A stretch of DNA of 64,000 nt from Cenococcum geophilum (lineage: Eukaryota), in contig CP158635.1 in assembly GCA_050273025.1 (NCBI GenBank), forward strand, positions 26,536,001 to 26,600,000, given 5' to 3'. The notes under the pieces are model-generated. The model did not search any database and was not told the DNA's origin. It saw only the letters and a program-made list of their open reading frames with translations. Positions 47,501 to 61,069 of this stretch are shown here, one piece after another. Numbering within the stretch: the stretch's first letter is position 1; each line of letters starts with the position of its first letter. Made by a program: the position numbers and the translations under genes.

Positions 47501-50014
47501 TCGGCTTCTAAAGATCCTATACTTAGTTCTACCTATATCTAAGGGTTAAGGTACTTTAGCTGTAGTAGAGTCTAGCTCTATAATAAGGTCTTTACGGCTA
47601 CCCATTTATCTAGGTCCTATTCGCGTCTTATAAGTATATCTACACAGTTAGTGGCGCCTAGCCTATATATAATTAGAAAGTTAAACTAAGATAGGGTATC
47701 CGCCTAGCGCGCCTACTATGCGATAACGGCCTTTATTATTATAAAATATTTTAAGGACTTATAATTAGAAACTACCCAAATAGGCTTAAGGATCCCTTTT
47801 AACTATACTCGCCAGTACTAGAAGCTAGAAATAATAGCCAGCATTTCTTTATCGTAAACTAAGTAGTTTAGCTTAGTATCTACTATAGTCTTTAAATAGT
47901 AAGCAATAGGGTACCATTCTCCGTCTGTCTACTTTTAGGAATAAACGCTAGCTATAACGCCGTCTAAGGCGTTAGTTTTTAGTATTAAGGGCCGTTCTAG
48001 GTTAAAGTAGGCGAGTAAAGGTGCAAAGACTAGCCGTTTCTTAAGCTTGTTAAAAGCCTACCTATATATAATATTAAAGTAAAAGGGCTAGTCTTTTTAG
48101 GTAAGGCAATTAAGAGGCCTAGCAATTTTACTATAGTCTTTAATAAAGCGTTAGTAGAAGTTATAGAAACCTAGAAATAATTATACCCCCCTTACGGTCC
48201 ATAAAGATGCCCACTAGGTAATTATAGCCGTTTTTTCTAGGTCGGTTTTAATTTTATCTATACTAATAATAAACCCTAAGTACTTTATACGTTTAATACT
48301 AAACTCTAACTTCTAAATATTAGCCTAAAGGCCAGCCTTACGAAGCTATTAAAGGACTTTATAAACGTACTCCTTATATTCTAGCTTATTTTTAAAGTAG
48401 ATTATAATATTATTTAGGTAGGCCGTATAAAAGTTATTAAAGTAGTTAAAAAGTATATCGTTTATATACCGCTAGTATATAGCCAGTCCGTTAGTTAGCC
48501 TAAAAGGTAGTACCTTATATTTATACGTTTCGTAATAGGTCTAAAATATAATAAAATTCTCTAAGCTAGAGTTTATTTTAATTTAGTAAAAGGCCTAGCG
48601 GATATTAAGCTTTATAATGACCTTAGCTCTACTTATTTAGGCTAATGTTTTATTAAGTAGGGGTGATAGATAGCGGTCCTTATAGGTTATATTATTTAGC
48701 TTATAGTAATTAATATAAAAATAAAGTCCTCTATTTAGCTTTTTAGTAAAAAAAATAGGCGAGTTAAAAGGGGCTTAGCTAGGCTTAATAAAACCCTTAT
48801 TTAGGTTATTAATAAGGTACTACTTTATAGCCTATAATTTAGCAATAGACTATTAATAAAGGGGGCTAAAGCTAAGGGTGTTTTCTTTATTTGGCTTAAT
48901 CTTAATTTTATAGTTATATGGTTAGTAAGGCGGGAGTCTATTAAATACTACCTTAGAGAATATATTCTTAAACTTCCAATATTAATAGGGTAATTTCTAT
49001 TCTACTAGCTCCTTATCTATAAGCTTACCCTCCTATCTACTAAATTCGCTTTCCTTTTCCTTAAGTATTTAGTTAATTTTATATAAGCTAGTCGTAAGAG
49101 CAATAGTATTAGGTAAGACTAAGTTCTAGTAGAATCCTACGGCGCCAATATAGCAGATATTAACTAGTGGGAAATCCGTAGGTTTCCTTATAGCCGTTTA
49201 CTAGACTATATTTTATAGTTTAGAGTTTATAATCTTTCTTAGCTCCTATTCCATTTTCTATAAGTTATCCCTCTAATTTATTAGTTTAGTATAGTATCTA
49301 ATATTCCTTATTATTCTTTATAGCTATATAGGGCCTAAGCTCTCCCTAGGGGGCTTTTTTAGGTCACTACTAACTTCCTAAGTCTTTAATGTGGGTAGTA
49401 TAATATAGGTAGTCTAGGAGCGGTATAGTATACAGATCCGTTATAGATTAAGCTATATATCTTTCTTAAAGGCCTAATCCCTACGTATAGTATTGGCCTA
49501 GTAAATAGTATTAATCTAGGGCCGTATAAGGTTTTCTATTATAATACTAATTTTCCTTATAAAGGAAGGAGTTAGGGGTAGGATTTTAGGCTAAATAAGC
49601 CGTCTACTCTATATATTAAGCTATAAGCCTAAATAGACTAGCCATTTTCTCCTTAAAATTATATTATAACTTCTTAGGTCCGTAATAAGGAAGGGAATAT
49701 TATATTACCTTTATTTATTAATATAAAGATAAATCCGCAAAATAGTTATAATAGGTAGCCTATTTATCCATTATACCTATAAATAGAAATTAGTTAAGGC
49801 AGTTCTTTAAGGGGTATATTTAAGAAGTTAGCCAGCTTTATAGCGCACTAGGTATCTATTAAGGTAAAGATATTTACTTTAGAGTTAGCTAAAGTAAAGG
49901 TTAAAACTTAATATTTATTACGGAATAAAGTATAAGGAATGGTATGGCTTCTTCCGCTAACTAGCCAACCTAAATTAATATATAATATATTAATCCCTTT
50001 TAACCTTAGAGAGA

Positions 50015-50432
50015 TGTTACGGACCTTATATTAGCAGTAATACGACTACTAAGGATAGACATAAACGGGTTGGTTAAGATAGTATAGGAGGCACTAGAAC
50101 CGATTAAGCTATAGGATAAAAGGTAGCCGAGTTACGTAGCTAGTTACGTTATAAGTTTAAAACGTAGAAACGTGGGAATATAGGAACGCGATGTACCGAT
50201 ATACTAATATACTAACGTACTAAACCTTTACTATAGGGAGGAGTTATATATTTAAGGATATACGGTCTCTATAGATAGTTTCTCTTCTTTATAGTAAATC
50301 TTAAAATATAATTAGAGTTAATTTGTTAGGCAACTACTCCACTAGTTATATTTACGTTGTTAACTATTCTATACCTATATACCTAGCCTATTAACAAGTC
50401 TACCGTAGTATGTCCTATAAGGCTTCGTTATA
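50015..50432 (+). mobile_element. Solo LTR of family D
   Basis: Reverse complement of 28302-28719; 5-bp TSD AGAGA (50010-50014, 50433-50437); sits in the gag/pol junction hairpin of C. Confidence 0.93.
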
Positions 50433-51312
50433 AGAGAAGTCTTTTTATAAGGTTTCTCTTTTTCTAACTTTATACTATCCTTCTAGATTAATAAAACTTT
50501 ATTCCTTTTTATATTTATTAAGCAGTCTTTTATAATATAGCCCTTTTAGCCATAAAAGAAGCAGGCGCCTTAATCGCTAAGGGCCTATATATAGGGGTTG
50601 CTAAATATAGGCCGAGTATTTGCTAGACCTAAAACCTTCACCGCACATGCAACCTTACCAAAAGGTGGCGCCGCACTTCCAAACTTACGCATACCCATCT
50701 TACCATCAAAAACTATCGTTTTCCTAACTCCTAAGACCTAATTCTGCCTACCTAGCGAGCTAGAGGTAGACTTGTTCCCCTTATTATCCCCTTTACTCTG
50801 CGACAGAGGCCTTGGCAAAAGGGGTTCTAGCGTATAAGTAAAGCACGGACAAGAACACCAAAACTACTACTACCACTACTACTACTAATACCAAAACTAC
50901 AAAATATAGACTTTTCTTAGGTTTTTCTTCTATAGAAAGTAAAAGCCTAATAAAATAGGGGGTGTAGGTACTTTTCTATATCTCTTTTAGTTAGACTTTC
51001 CTTAGTAAGAGGAGGATTGCCTTTAGGGCTTTTCTGCTAGCAAAAGCCTAACAAGTCCTTTTTTTTAGTAGTTTTTTCTACTTCTAAAAGGAAAAGAAAA
51101 TAACTACGCTAGTCTTTTTTAGCTAGTTTTTCTACTACCTTCTAGCCTAGTCTCCCTAGAAATCCTCTAGTAGGATTAGTAAGGAGAAAAGGTAAAAAAG
51201 GATAGTAAAAACTAGCAAGGCTTTTTGCCTAGTTTTTTACCTCTGGGACTAGGAGATAAGAGACCTAAGGAGGTTATTATCTACTGAAAAAACTAGGAAA
51301 CCCCCCTATAAA

Positions 51313-52881
51313 ATGTTAAAGAATCCTTAGGCTACTAAGCCTAAAAAGCCTTCTAAAGATAATAATATAGAGATAAGGGATAACGAATTTACTTTCCCTT
51401 TCCCCTCTTACTCTAGCCTATTTGGGACAGGAGAACCTTAGGCTACTAAGCCTTCTAGAGGTAAAGACACTATAGAGACAAGTAAGGATGAACTCTTAAC
51501 TGCCTTACCTACCTTACCTACCTCACCTACCTTCTCTTCCTCTTCTCTCCCGCCTTCTCCCTGCCCATCTAGGGAGGACGTAGAAAAAGAGAATAAAAGG
51601 AAAAAAAGGCAATCTTCTTTTGAAGATAGAAAAGAGAACCAAAACTAAAGAAGAAGGCTACTAATACCTAAGCCTATTTCGGCTAGTATACCTTCCTCTA
51701 CCTCTTCTCTAAAATAGCACCTATAAATGGCCTTATATAACCTAAACCAGGCCTATATAGGGCTAAAAGAAGAAGAAGAAGAAGAAGAAAAAGAGTAAGT
51801 TAAATTACTAGGGGACTACGTATAGAGTGTCCTAGGAGGAGAAAATCCCTTTATAAAAGAAAAGGAAAGAAAGGAAAGAGATGTCCTAAAAGGACTAGTA
51901 GAAGAAGTAAGAGCTCTACGTAAGGAGGTAGCCCTAAAAACGTAAACCTACGTAGAGAAGCTAAAGAAGGGCCTCTCTTCTTCTACTTTTGCTCCTTCTT
52001 CTTCTACTACCTCTTCCTCTACTACCTCTCCCTTTTCCCCTCCCTCTTTATCTCCCCCTACTAGTTTTACTAGCTCTACCTCTACTAGAGGAAAAAAGAA
52101 GTAGTTATAAGAAAGGAGACTAGTCCTAGTTATAGACTAAAAGGACCAGCCTCTAGATGTCTTCTCTCTATGAAATTAAGTTAATTAACTATTTATATCT
52201 AAACTGCAAATAGAGAAGCTAGTAATAGCTACTATAGCTAGAACTAGAGAAAAGTAAAATATTCTCCTTATAACTACAGAAGAATATAATGTAGAGTATT
52301 TAGTTAAATATAAGGAAATCTAGCCTAACTGCTTCTCTTTTAAAAGGGAACAAAAACTAGAGCCCTAGGCTTAGGTAGTAGCTCACGGCATCCCTATTTC
52401 CCCTTTCCTAGGAGAAGGAGGCTCTAAACTTCTAAAAGAGGAAATAGAGACTTTTAATCCTATTAGAATACAGGGATTACCTAGATAGATCTTATCTAGG
52501 GAAAAGAGATATAATCCATAAACTAGGTTCAGCTCTATAGTCTTTACTATAGAAAATAAGAAGAAAAGACAGGAAATCCTTAAGCAGAAGGAAATCCTAA
52601 TTATAGGTATAGCTGCTAAGGTAGTTAAATACCTAAAAGTCTCTCCTACTACACAGTGTATAAGTTGCCAAAAATTTGGCTATATAGGAGATAGATGCTC
52701 TACCAAGGCCTGTTAATTTTGTGTAGCGGTATATTTATCTAAGGACTACTCCTGTTCTACTTATAATATAATAAAAAGACCTTGCGAGCATACTACCCCT
52801 CTTTACAGCAATTGTAAAGAAAATCACTTTGCTAATAGTAAAGACTGTAAGTCTCTTAAAGCAGCTAAGCTAGTATATTAA
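51313..52881 (+). pseudogene. LINE ORF1 (gag-like)
   Basis: ATG 51313 in frame with TAA 52879-52881; Cys/His knuckles ~52655-52850; RIP stops. Confidence 0.85.
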
Positions 52882-55800
52882 TGAGTATAAGCTTAGAAGG
52901 TTCTATATAGGAAGAAGAAGAGATCTCTCTAGTTTCTAAAACTAGGGGAGAAATCTCCTTTATATAACATAATATAGGAAAAAGACAAGAAGTACAGCAA
53001 ACCCTACTAGAAATAGGATTTAGGAAAAAAATAGATATTATTCTAGTACAAGAGCCTAGTACCTAGAAAGATAGATAAAAAGAATCCTACTTTTCTATTC
53101 TACATCCTGCATTTAACCTAATCCTCCCTAGTAATCTAGCTATTTGACCTAGAGTAGCTATCTATATAAGGAAAACTATTTCTAGTATTCTATAATATAG
53201 AAATAGGGAGGATATCTGCAAAGATACAGATATTATAGTATTAGAAATCTATGGCCAACTTGAAAGATTTTTACTATTTAACATTTATAATGAGAGACAA
53301 CTGGACGAAAACTCTAGAACCCAAAGAAGTAGTATAACTACAATCTCTAGGGCTATTCTAGAACTGGAAATAGATCTCCCTTTTGTACTAATAGGAGACT
53401 ATAACCTACACCATAAACGGTGGAACGCGCTAGCTAGGAACCTAACTAGGGAGGCTAAAGAACTAGTAGACTGGCTAGACAAATATAATTGCCAACTACT
53501 AAATTTAGACGAACAGGAAGGGACCTTCTATAGATCCAATATAAGGGAAAAGTCTATTATAGACCTAGCCTTCTACTTAGGAAACTTCCAAGAAAATACC
53601 TAGGATAATTGGACTATAATAGAAGAAACAGGATCTGATTACAAGACTATAGCATTCTCTCTATTTACTAGAGAGACGTAAAGATACCTAAACCCTCTTT
53701 AAGAAACTCCTTTCTCTATAAAAAAGGTAAACTGGGAGCTTTTCTCTACCTCTTTAAAAGAGTAAGTTCTAGAGCTAGAACTAAAAGCGAAACTTTTAGT
53801 ACTAGAAGAACTAGTAGGAGAAAACCCCTATATAGAGATAGGAGAAAAAGGTCCCCTAGCCTCTTTAGAAGATTCCTATAGACCTAGGGATAGAAGCTTA
53901 AGTACACTAGTAGATAATCTAGTAATAGATCTTACTAGAGGTATAAAGCTAGTAGTAGAGAAAGCTATCCCTAGATCTAGAACCTGCGAATTCTCTAAAC
54001 TATGGTGGAATAAAGAGCTTCTAAAGAAAAGACAAAAAATGGCAAAACTAGGAAGACTTTAAGAAGAATAACCTACTAGAAGTTCTAGACTAGAAGCCTA
54101 TAAAGAAGCCAAAAATTAATACTTTTACGCAATAAGAGAAGCTAAGACTAGCTGTTGGAACAGCTTCCTAGAAAAAGCATAAGGAAAGGAAGTCTTTACT
54201 GCCCTAAAATATATAAAGGAGAGAATACTGCGAATAATCCCTAGTCTACAGTATAGCAAAGATGGGACTACTAGACTAGTAGAAAGCTTCGAGGACTAGT
54301 GTAAAGCTTTTATAACTACTCTATTCCCTAAACCCCCCCCTTCTACTAGCCCTATAAAGTAGAAGGACTATATAATAGACAATAAATGGGAATGGCTAGA
54401 ACTAGAGAAAATAGAAGTTAAATAAGTAATTTTCTCTAGCTCTAATAAAAAGGCTCTAGGACTAGATGGGATATCTTTTGCAATTCTATAAAAGGCTTAC
54501 CCTACTATAGAAGATCTTCTTTATAGAATCTATAGGATTTTGTTTATCCTAGGCTATTAGCTAAAGGTCTAGAGAGAAGCTTGAGGAGTTATTCTCCCTA
54601 AAGTAAATAAGGAGGACTATTTTTTACCAAAGTCCTATAGACCTATCTCCTTACTAAACTGCCTAGGAAAGACTTTAGAAAAGATCTTTGCTACTAGATT
54701 AGGATATCTAGCTAGTACTACTAGCTTACTTTAAGATTCTTAACTAGGAGGAAGAAGACAGAGGTCTGCAATAGACGCAGTCTTATTACTTCTAAATAAT
54801 ATCCAATCTAAAAATAGTAGGAAAAAAGCTAGATAAAGGATAGCCACTATGTTATTCCTAGACGTAAGAGGGGCTTTTGACCATGTCTCTAAAAACCAGC
54901 TTATATCTATCTGTAAGGAACTAGGACTACCTATAGCGTTTACACAATAGGTAGCTACTTTCCTTAGCAATAGAAAGCTATAGCTCTCCTTTAATGGGCA
55001 AATATAAGCAAAAGTAGAACTAGAAACAGGGATACTACAGGGATCGCCTATATCCCCTATTTTATTTCTACTATATATACGTAATACCTGCAGCCTATAG
55101 ACAGAAGGAGCCTATTCCCTTAGCTATATGGACGATTTTATAATTATAGTTACTTTAAACTCAGCTAAATCTAATTGTAAAAAGCTAGAGGGAATAGCGC
55201 TAGAGCTAATGTCTAAAGCTAAGGAAGCTGCTATTAGTTTTGATGTTAGTAAGACAGAGCTTATATACTTCTATAGTAAACGCACTACTATAGAGGAAGG
55301 GTTAAAGCTAGGAGACGTAGAAATATCTCCTAAACCCCTAGTTAGGTGGTTAGGGGTATTTCTAGACTCTAAGCTTACGTTTAAATAATATATAGAAATA
55401 CAAATATCTAAAGCAAAAACAGCCTTCTATTTAATTAGAAGACTAGGTAATATATAAAGAGGTCTATCTCTATAAGCCCTACGACAGCTCTATATAGCTT
55501 GCGTTACCACTATAGCAGACTACGGTATACAATGCTGGTGGAAAAGCAAATCTAGAGACTACCTACTAGATAGGTACTAATCTCTATAAAATGAGGCCCT
55601 AAAACTAGTTCTAGGGGCGTTTAGAGGATCTCCTAGCCAAGCTGTAGAGATCGAAGCCTCTATTCCTCCTCCTAGAATTAGATTTAAAAAGCTTTGCAAT
55701 AACTACGCATTAAGAATCCTAAAATTTAAGGAAAACTACGTAATTAAGAAGGTTTATATAGAAGAGATTAATAAAGATAGGGACGAATTAGCAGCTAATT

Positions 55801-57059
55801 CTAGCTCTAGTTCTAGCCCTAAAAACTCTACTATAAAGTACCTCTTATAGCCAAAGACACAGCTACTATCTTTAGCCTCTAGAGTTTAGCAGCTAATTCA
55901 AAACTGGAAAATAGAGAGAATCTCTCTAGAATGGCAAAAACCGTGGTCTCCTCCTATCTCTGCATTCTTTTCTATCTTAAGGGGTAGTAAAGAAGAAGCT
56001 GCATAAGAATATCTAAAACTAGTAGAAAGTTTATAAGAATCCCTAGAGTGGGACCTAGTAGATATATACTATATAGATGGCTCTAAAGACAATAAATTAA
56101 ATGCAGCTGCTATATATAAAATAGGGGAGAGAAATAGGATTAAATATGCAACGAACTGGAATCTAAGACCCTATATGGAAATTATGGACGCAGAGCTCTA
56201 TGCAGTCTATAGGGCCCTAGAACACCTAAAACAATAAAGACTAGAAGAGAAATAAGTCTATATCTTTATAGATAGCCAAGCGGCTATTAAGAGATTACAG
56301 CTTAATTCTCTTATAGGGGGGCAAGAACTAGTCTTTAAAATTATATAAAGCTGTTCTTATTTAGCTAGTAAGGGGATCTTTATTAACTTCTACTGGGTTT
56401 CTAGCTATTTAGGAATCTATGGGAACGAAATAGCAGATAAGCTAGCAAAAAAGGGCCTTTCTAGAAGAAAACTATAATCTTCTTATACCTCCTTAGCCTA
56501 TATAGGGAGAGCGGCAAGAGAAGAGATACTAGAATAGTGGAAAAACAACTGGCAGCAGAATAAGAATAAAGGAAAACACTATACTAGGATCTGTAAAGAA
56601 AGCCATTCCTTTTCTCTTAAAGCCCCTAAGGATAAATATCCTAAAAGGCTATAATCGGCTTTCTTCCAGCTAAAGCTAGGAAAAGGCTATTTTAAATCCT
56701 TTACTAAAGTAATAGGAGAGGATAAAGAAGGTAGATGCTTTAGGGAATATAGAGCACTATAAACCCCTAGACATTTATTACTAGACTACAACCTATATAG
56801 GGAAGAAAGAAGAGAAATGCGAAAGAAACTAGGCTCTTCTCTCTCTCTAAAGAAGCTATTTTGTACACAAAAAGGAAGAGAGGCGCTTTTTCTATTTCTA
56901 AGTAGGACAGGGATAGCTACTAGAAAGTGGCTAATAACAGCAGGATCTATAGGAGGTAACTCCTACTAGGCTCCTAGAAAAGAGATATTAGTAAGCAAAA
57001 GGACAGAAATAAATTATAAAAGGACAGGGAAAGGCGTTAGGATTTCTTATTTCTTATAG
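52881..57059 (+). pseudogene. LINE ORF2 (endonuclease-RT-RNase H)
   Basis: ATG 52881 is in frame with YMDD (55125-55136); RNase H ~56060-56460; RIP stops. 3' end approximate. Confidence 0.9.
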
Positions 57060-58615
57060 TTTTCTACCGTTTTCTCATTCCCTAGTAGTTGCTTGTAACT
57101 TAGTATTTTACTAAGGAACTATAAACCCCTAGTTTTGGGGCTTATAAACTACTAGGACATAGTTACTAGTACATGTTAAGCTGCCCTAAGGGATTTATGT
57201 ATATAGGACTATAGCGCCATAGCCTAGAGGCTGCATGCGCAGTATTGTACGTAGTATAATACAATGGATATAAAAATAAATAAAAAATTTGCTAGACCTA
57301 CGGTAGGACTAGCCGTATAGCCAGCTATTAAATTAGCGGTAGGCTGTATAGCTAGTGCTATAGGAGTTACTAATTATACTAGGGCACTATAGGCCGTTCT
57401 TACGTTGCTTATAGTCTAATTTAGAGGGGTTTTAGCTTTATATTGTTTGGCGCGTACCTTATTTTAATAAAGGCCTTAGTTAATAGCTAAGTACTAGTCT
57501 ATAAGTTCCTTTAACGTCTATATAGTAGTAAAAACTAGTAATATGGCCTACTGTAGGTCTAGGTTAAGCTTATTAAATAGGTCTAGTATTAAATCTTTTT
57601 AGGGAATTTGGGCCTCGCCTATTAAGTATAAAAAGCAGGTCTAGAAGGCTAAAAAGGTCTCCGTTATTTTTATAATTAGGCCTTTATAATTAAGGCGGGC
57701 GTTTTATACCTTAAAGGGGTCCTTATAAATAAAAGATAAGTAGTTAATTATTTTTTCTTTAAAGGTAAAAGGGTTTATTAAGTCCTTAGTGTATTGCGGG
57801 CGTAGGTACGTTTAGGTGTCCCCGTTAGTACGGCTAAAGACATAGGCTATTTAGGCCCGAGGGGTAGGAAAGTAGTCGGTATTAACTTTAAACTTGTCCT
57901 ATAGTTAGAGCTTCCAGTTATTAAATATAGGGTCTATCCTATCTATAAGCAACGGGGGGTCTATAACCTTCGCGGACCGCAATAGGGCTATATAGGGCTT
58001 AGTAGGTCCGCTAAGGCGCTAGGATAGGGCTTTAAGGACCGTAGCTAGTCTCTAGGTGTTTAATAATTTGTTACTAAATATAGAAGTAGGGGTATCTCTA
58101 GCCTTAAGCAGCTCTCGTAGTTATTTAATCTTAGTATTAGCTGCTACTAGCTCTACCTAGGGGTTTAAAACATTAACTATTTTATTATCTAAGGTATTTA
58201 AAGGTCCTATAGCCGTTTTACTAGCTACTATGTTTTTTAATATAGTAGTAGGGGTATTAGATAATTCTAGGTAAATTCTATAGGGGTTCTAGTCTGTGCT
58301 CGTCCTATTTTTAAGGTTTATATTCTTTTATATTCTTAGTTCTTATTTTAACTCTTATTCTTTAGATATATTTAAGTTCCTTCTTAGGAAAAAAGGGTAG
58401 ATAAGCTTTAGATAATATTAGCGACTTAGTTAATTAAAGCACATATATGGTAAGAAGGACGCGCAAGCCTATATAATTGGATTGCCTATAAACAAGGATT
58501 TAAAGCTAAAGAAAGGAAAGGAGAAGAAGAGCAGCGCTAGTTAAAGGAGGGTTTTTTATGCGGTCCTCTAGTCATATAACCGCAAGTTCTGCCGTTTTCT
58601 GCTAGTGCCGTAACA

Positions 58616-59179
58616 CTACCCGTATAATTGGCTTTTTTTTTCAATTTAGTTCTTAAGCCGAATTTCTTAATTAGCTGTTATTTTACCTATAAGAGTTTTA
58701 GTATATTAATATCGTTAAAAGTATCTAAGTTAACTTACTCCTATTATCCCAAATTTAGTAGAAGGGTTAATCTTAATACGGCCAGTCTGCCCTTTACGTA
58801 TAAGGTAGAGTATATTCTAATATATCTATACGCTCTTAGAGGAGTCTATACTACCTTAAATTTCCTAAAGCAACTAACGAAAGAAGCTGTATATATCCTT
58901 AATAGCAAAATCTTTAAGAGCTTTATATAGATTAAGTTTAATAAGATAGAAGTATCTATTAGAGTTATAAGTGTATAAAAAGTTAACTAAAAAAGAATCC
59001 TTACTTTTCCTATTACTCTTTAATTAGTTTTTTTATAGGTATTCTATAGAATTACTATACTTTCGCTTAGTAAGGTTCGTTTTATTAAATTCGTCGCGTT
59101 ATCTAATATAATAATCTGCTAAGCGATTAAAAATTTCCTTATCCTTATCCCAATCCTTAACTCTCCTTTAGGGAGCTAT
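58616..59179 (-). pseudogene. 5' fragment of a probable DUF3435 tyrosine recombinase (Starship captain), truncated by a Gypsy LTR
   Basis: Three exons (59179-59005, 58955-58739, 58686-58616) with GTAAG..TAG introns of 49 and 52 nt. Reads ...IYSFFR*LL*EI*GSIDSSKSV*IY*NILYLIRKGQTGRIKINP...*QLIKKFGLRTKL.K.KPIIRV, which de-RIPed resembles the N-terminal region of DUF3435 proteins as I recall it (FF.WLL / QTYW / KEKPIMR). Two 1-nt homopolymer slips. Confidence 0.65.
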
Positions 59180-60053
59180 AGCGTTTGTATATTTAAAGAG
59201 CAATAACTTAAGGTAGGGATAAGAAGAGTAAGAAGATAGGGAAGACAATAGAGGTAAAGGGAGTGGCCTATAGAAAAATAGGGGGAGCCCTAATATTTAT
59301 AGGCTTATGCTAAATAGAGAGGGAGCTAAAACGGGCCCCTCATCTCTTAGATTCTATTTTTAGATTGCTTGACCCTTAGTAGCCCTAGGGTATCGGCCTA
59401 AGCTTAAAAGGCACAGCCTCTACAAGCGCTAAGCCATAGGATAGATGCAGATAATGGTTAAAGAGGAAGGAGATAGATGTGGTTAATAGGTTAATAGCGT
59501 TAATAAAATATATAGGGTTAATGGAGGTGGATATAACCGATAAAAGGTGGCTGCTTAAAGGAGTTTATGGTAGGATATAGATTAAGTTAGAAATTGGGTA
59601 GGTTTTTAGCAAAAACCCCTCCGAAAATTACGGTCATAGCCTCTAGATTTAGTAGGCATTTCGCTACCTAGCGGTTTTATTTTATAAAAGGCTATATAAG
59701 TAAATTAATATAAATCTAAATTATACTCTAACTAGTTTATAACTAGTTTATAACATGTTTAGATTTAATATAAAATTTAATATATTATTTAAAAGTAAAA
59801 TATTAATACCTAACGCATTACAAACATATTTTAATTTTAATTTTAAGTAATTTACTTAAATATAGCTAAACTATCTTCTTTTATAGGTTTAATAGCTTTA
59901 ATTTCCTTTTTTTTTTAAAAAAAAAGAGTTAATAAAAGTTACTAACTTGCCAAAATATTGTAAACTCGCGCCGGAGTAAAGCCGGTCATCACGCACCACC
60001 CAATTTTACATAGAAATCGATATAATTAATTATTTCTACCTACCCACGCCGTT

Positions 60054-61060
60054 ATAATAGGCCATCGTTTTCTAATTAAGGTTATAAACCAAATCAAGCT
60101 TTGTCTAGATCTTAATAAGTATATACCTAATATTGCGGTCGCTTTGGGGCTATTAAAAACAACCGTTTATAAGCTTCAATTAAACTGGGACCTTTAGGGC
60201 CGACTATACGCGCCATTTAGTGTAAAACTAGGTAGACCGGGCCTTCTTTTAGAGTATTAAAAGTAGGTTAGTATTCTTGGTATAGTATTAAGTTTTTTAT
60301 TAACGTTTTTGCCCACTTATAGTAACTGCTTAAGTACCTTAAAGAGAGGCCTACCGCGTATCTTAACGAGATGCAAGACTTCCTTTTTAACGAATTCGAT
60401 ATCCAAGCCTCTATTACTACTATTCGCCGTATTCTTAAGGTAGCTTAGTGGTCTTAAAAGGCAGTCTTTAAATATGCTACTTAGTAAAGCGCATTGCTCC
60501 GCTATATGTGGTAAAGTAGGTAGAAAGAATAGCTCGCCGACTAGCTTATCTTTCTTAATAAGTCGGCTTTAAATAAGAGGACTAGTAATAGAAGACGAGG
60601 CTAGGCGCCAGTTGGTGTAGACTATAAGGTATTAACGCCATACAAAAAATCTAAACGGTGGAGTATCTTATTAACGTTAACGCTTAAAGGCTATATAGAC
60701 TATATTATCTTTTAAGGAGCTTTTATAAGTAAGCTTTTTAAGGCTTTTATAGAGCATAAAGTTCTACTTAATTATACACCGTACCCAGGGCCGCAATTAA
60801 TTATTATACTAGATAACGTATCTATTTATAAGTTAAAGCGGCTTTAAAAGCTTTGCAACCGGGCGGGTGTTATTCTTAAGTTTTTACTACTATATTCGCC
60901 AGATTTAAATCCAATTAAGGTAACTTTTAAAGATCTAAAGGCTTAGATAAAAAGAAACTATATACTAGCGGTTAACTTTAAGAGCTTTAATAGATTTCTA
61001 GAGTTTGCAATTAGTTAAGCTTATAGAGTTTACATAAAAGGCTCTTTATAGAGACTCTCT
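60054..61060 (+). pseudogene. IS630/Tc1-type DDE transposase, RIP-degenerate, one intron (~60267-60322)
   Basis: Motifs ERPTAYL(D)EMQDFLF, LIFL(DE)SA, GWAP, LDN(A)SI(H)K, (PP)YSPDLNPI(E). Ends approximate. Confidence 0.88.
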
Positions 61061-61069
61061 ATAATCTAC

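Larger units (their letters stand above)
50632..57286 (+). mobile_element. Full-length Tad1-clade LINE, copy 2, RIP-degenerate
   Basis: 14-bp TSD ATTTGCTAGACCTA (50618-50631, 57287-57300); A-rich tail. Confidence 0.95.
27433..58615 (-). mobile_element. Ty3/Gypsy chromovirus 'C' (B-related) with discordant LTRs; host of D, a solo LTR and LINE copy 2
   Basis: 3' LTR 27433-27683 with PPT; chromodomain/integrase end to 28301; integrase-RNase H-RT-protease 46561-50014; gag 50438-50631 and 57301-58415; 5' LTR 58416-58615. Flanks TAAAT and CTACC do not match. Confidence 0.8.

Noticed and set aside
54740..54970. 76-aa minus-strand ORF
   Set aside because: Antisense to the LINE RT domain.
8992..57286. 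Inversion mediated by the two oppositely oriented LINE copies
   Set aside because: Each copy retains its own matching 14-bp TSD pair, so no exchange of flanks has occurred.
58628..58930. 100-aa plus-strand ORF
   Set aside because: Antisense to the spliced captain-like pseudogene; composition (I/L/K/Y-rich) is typical of RIP debris.
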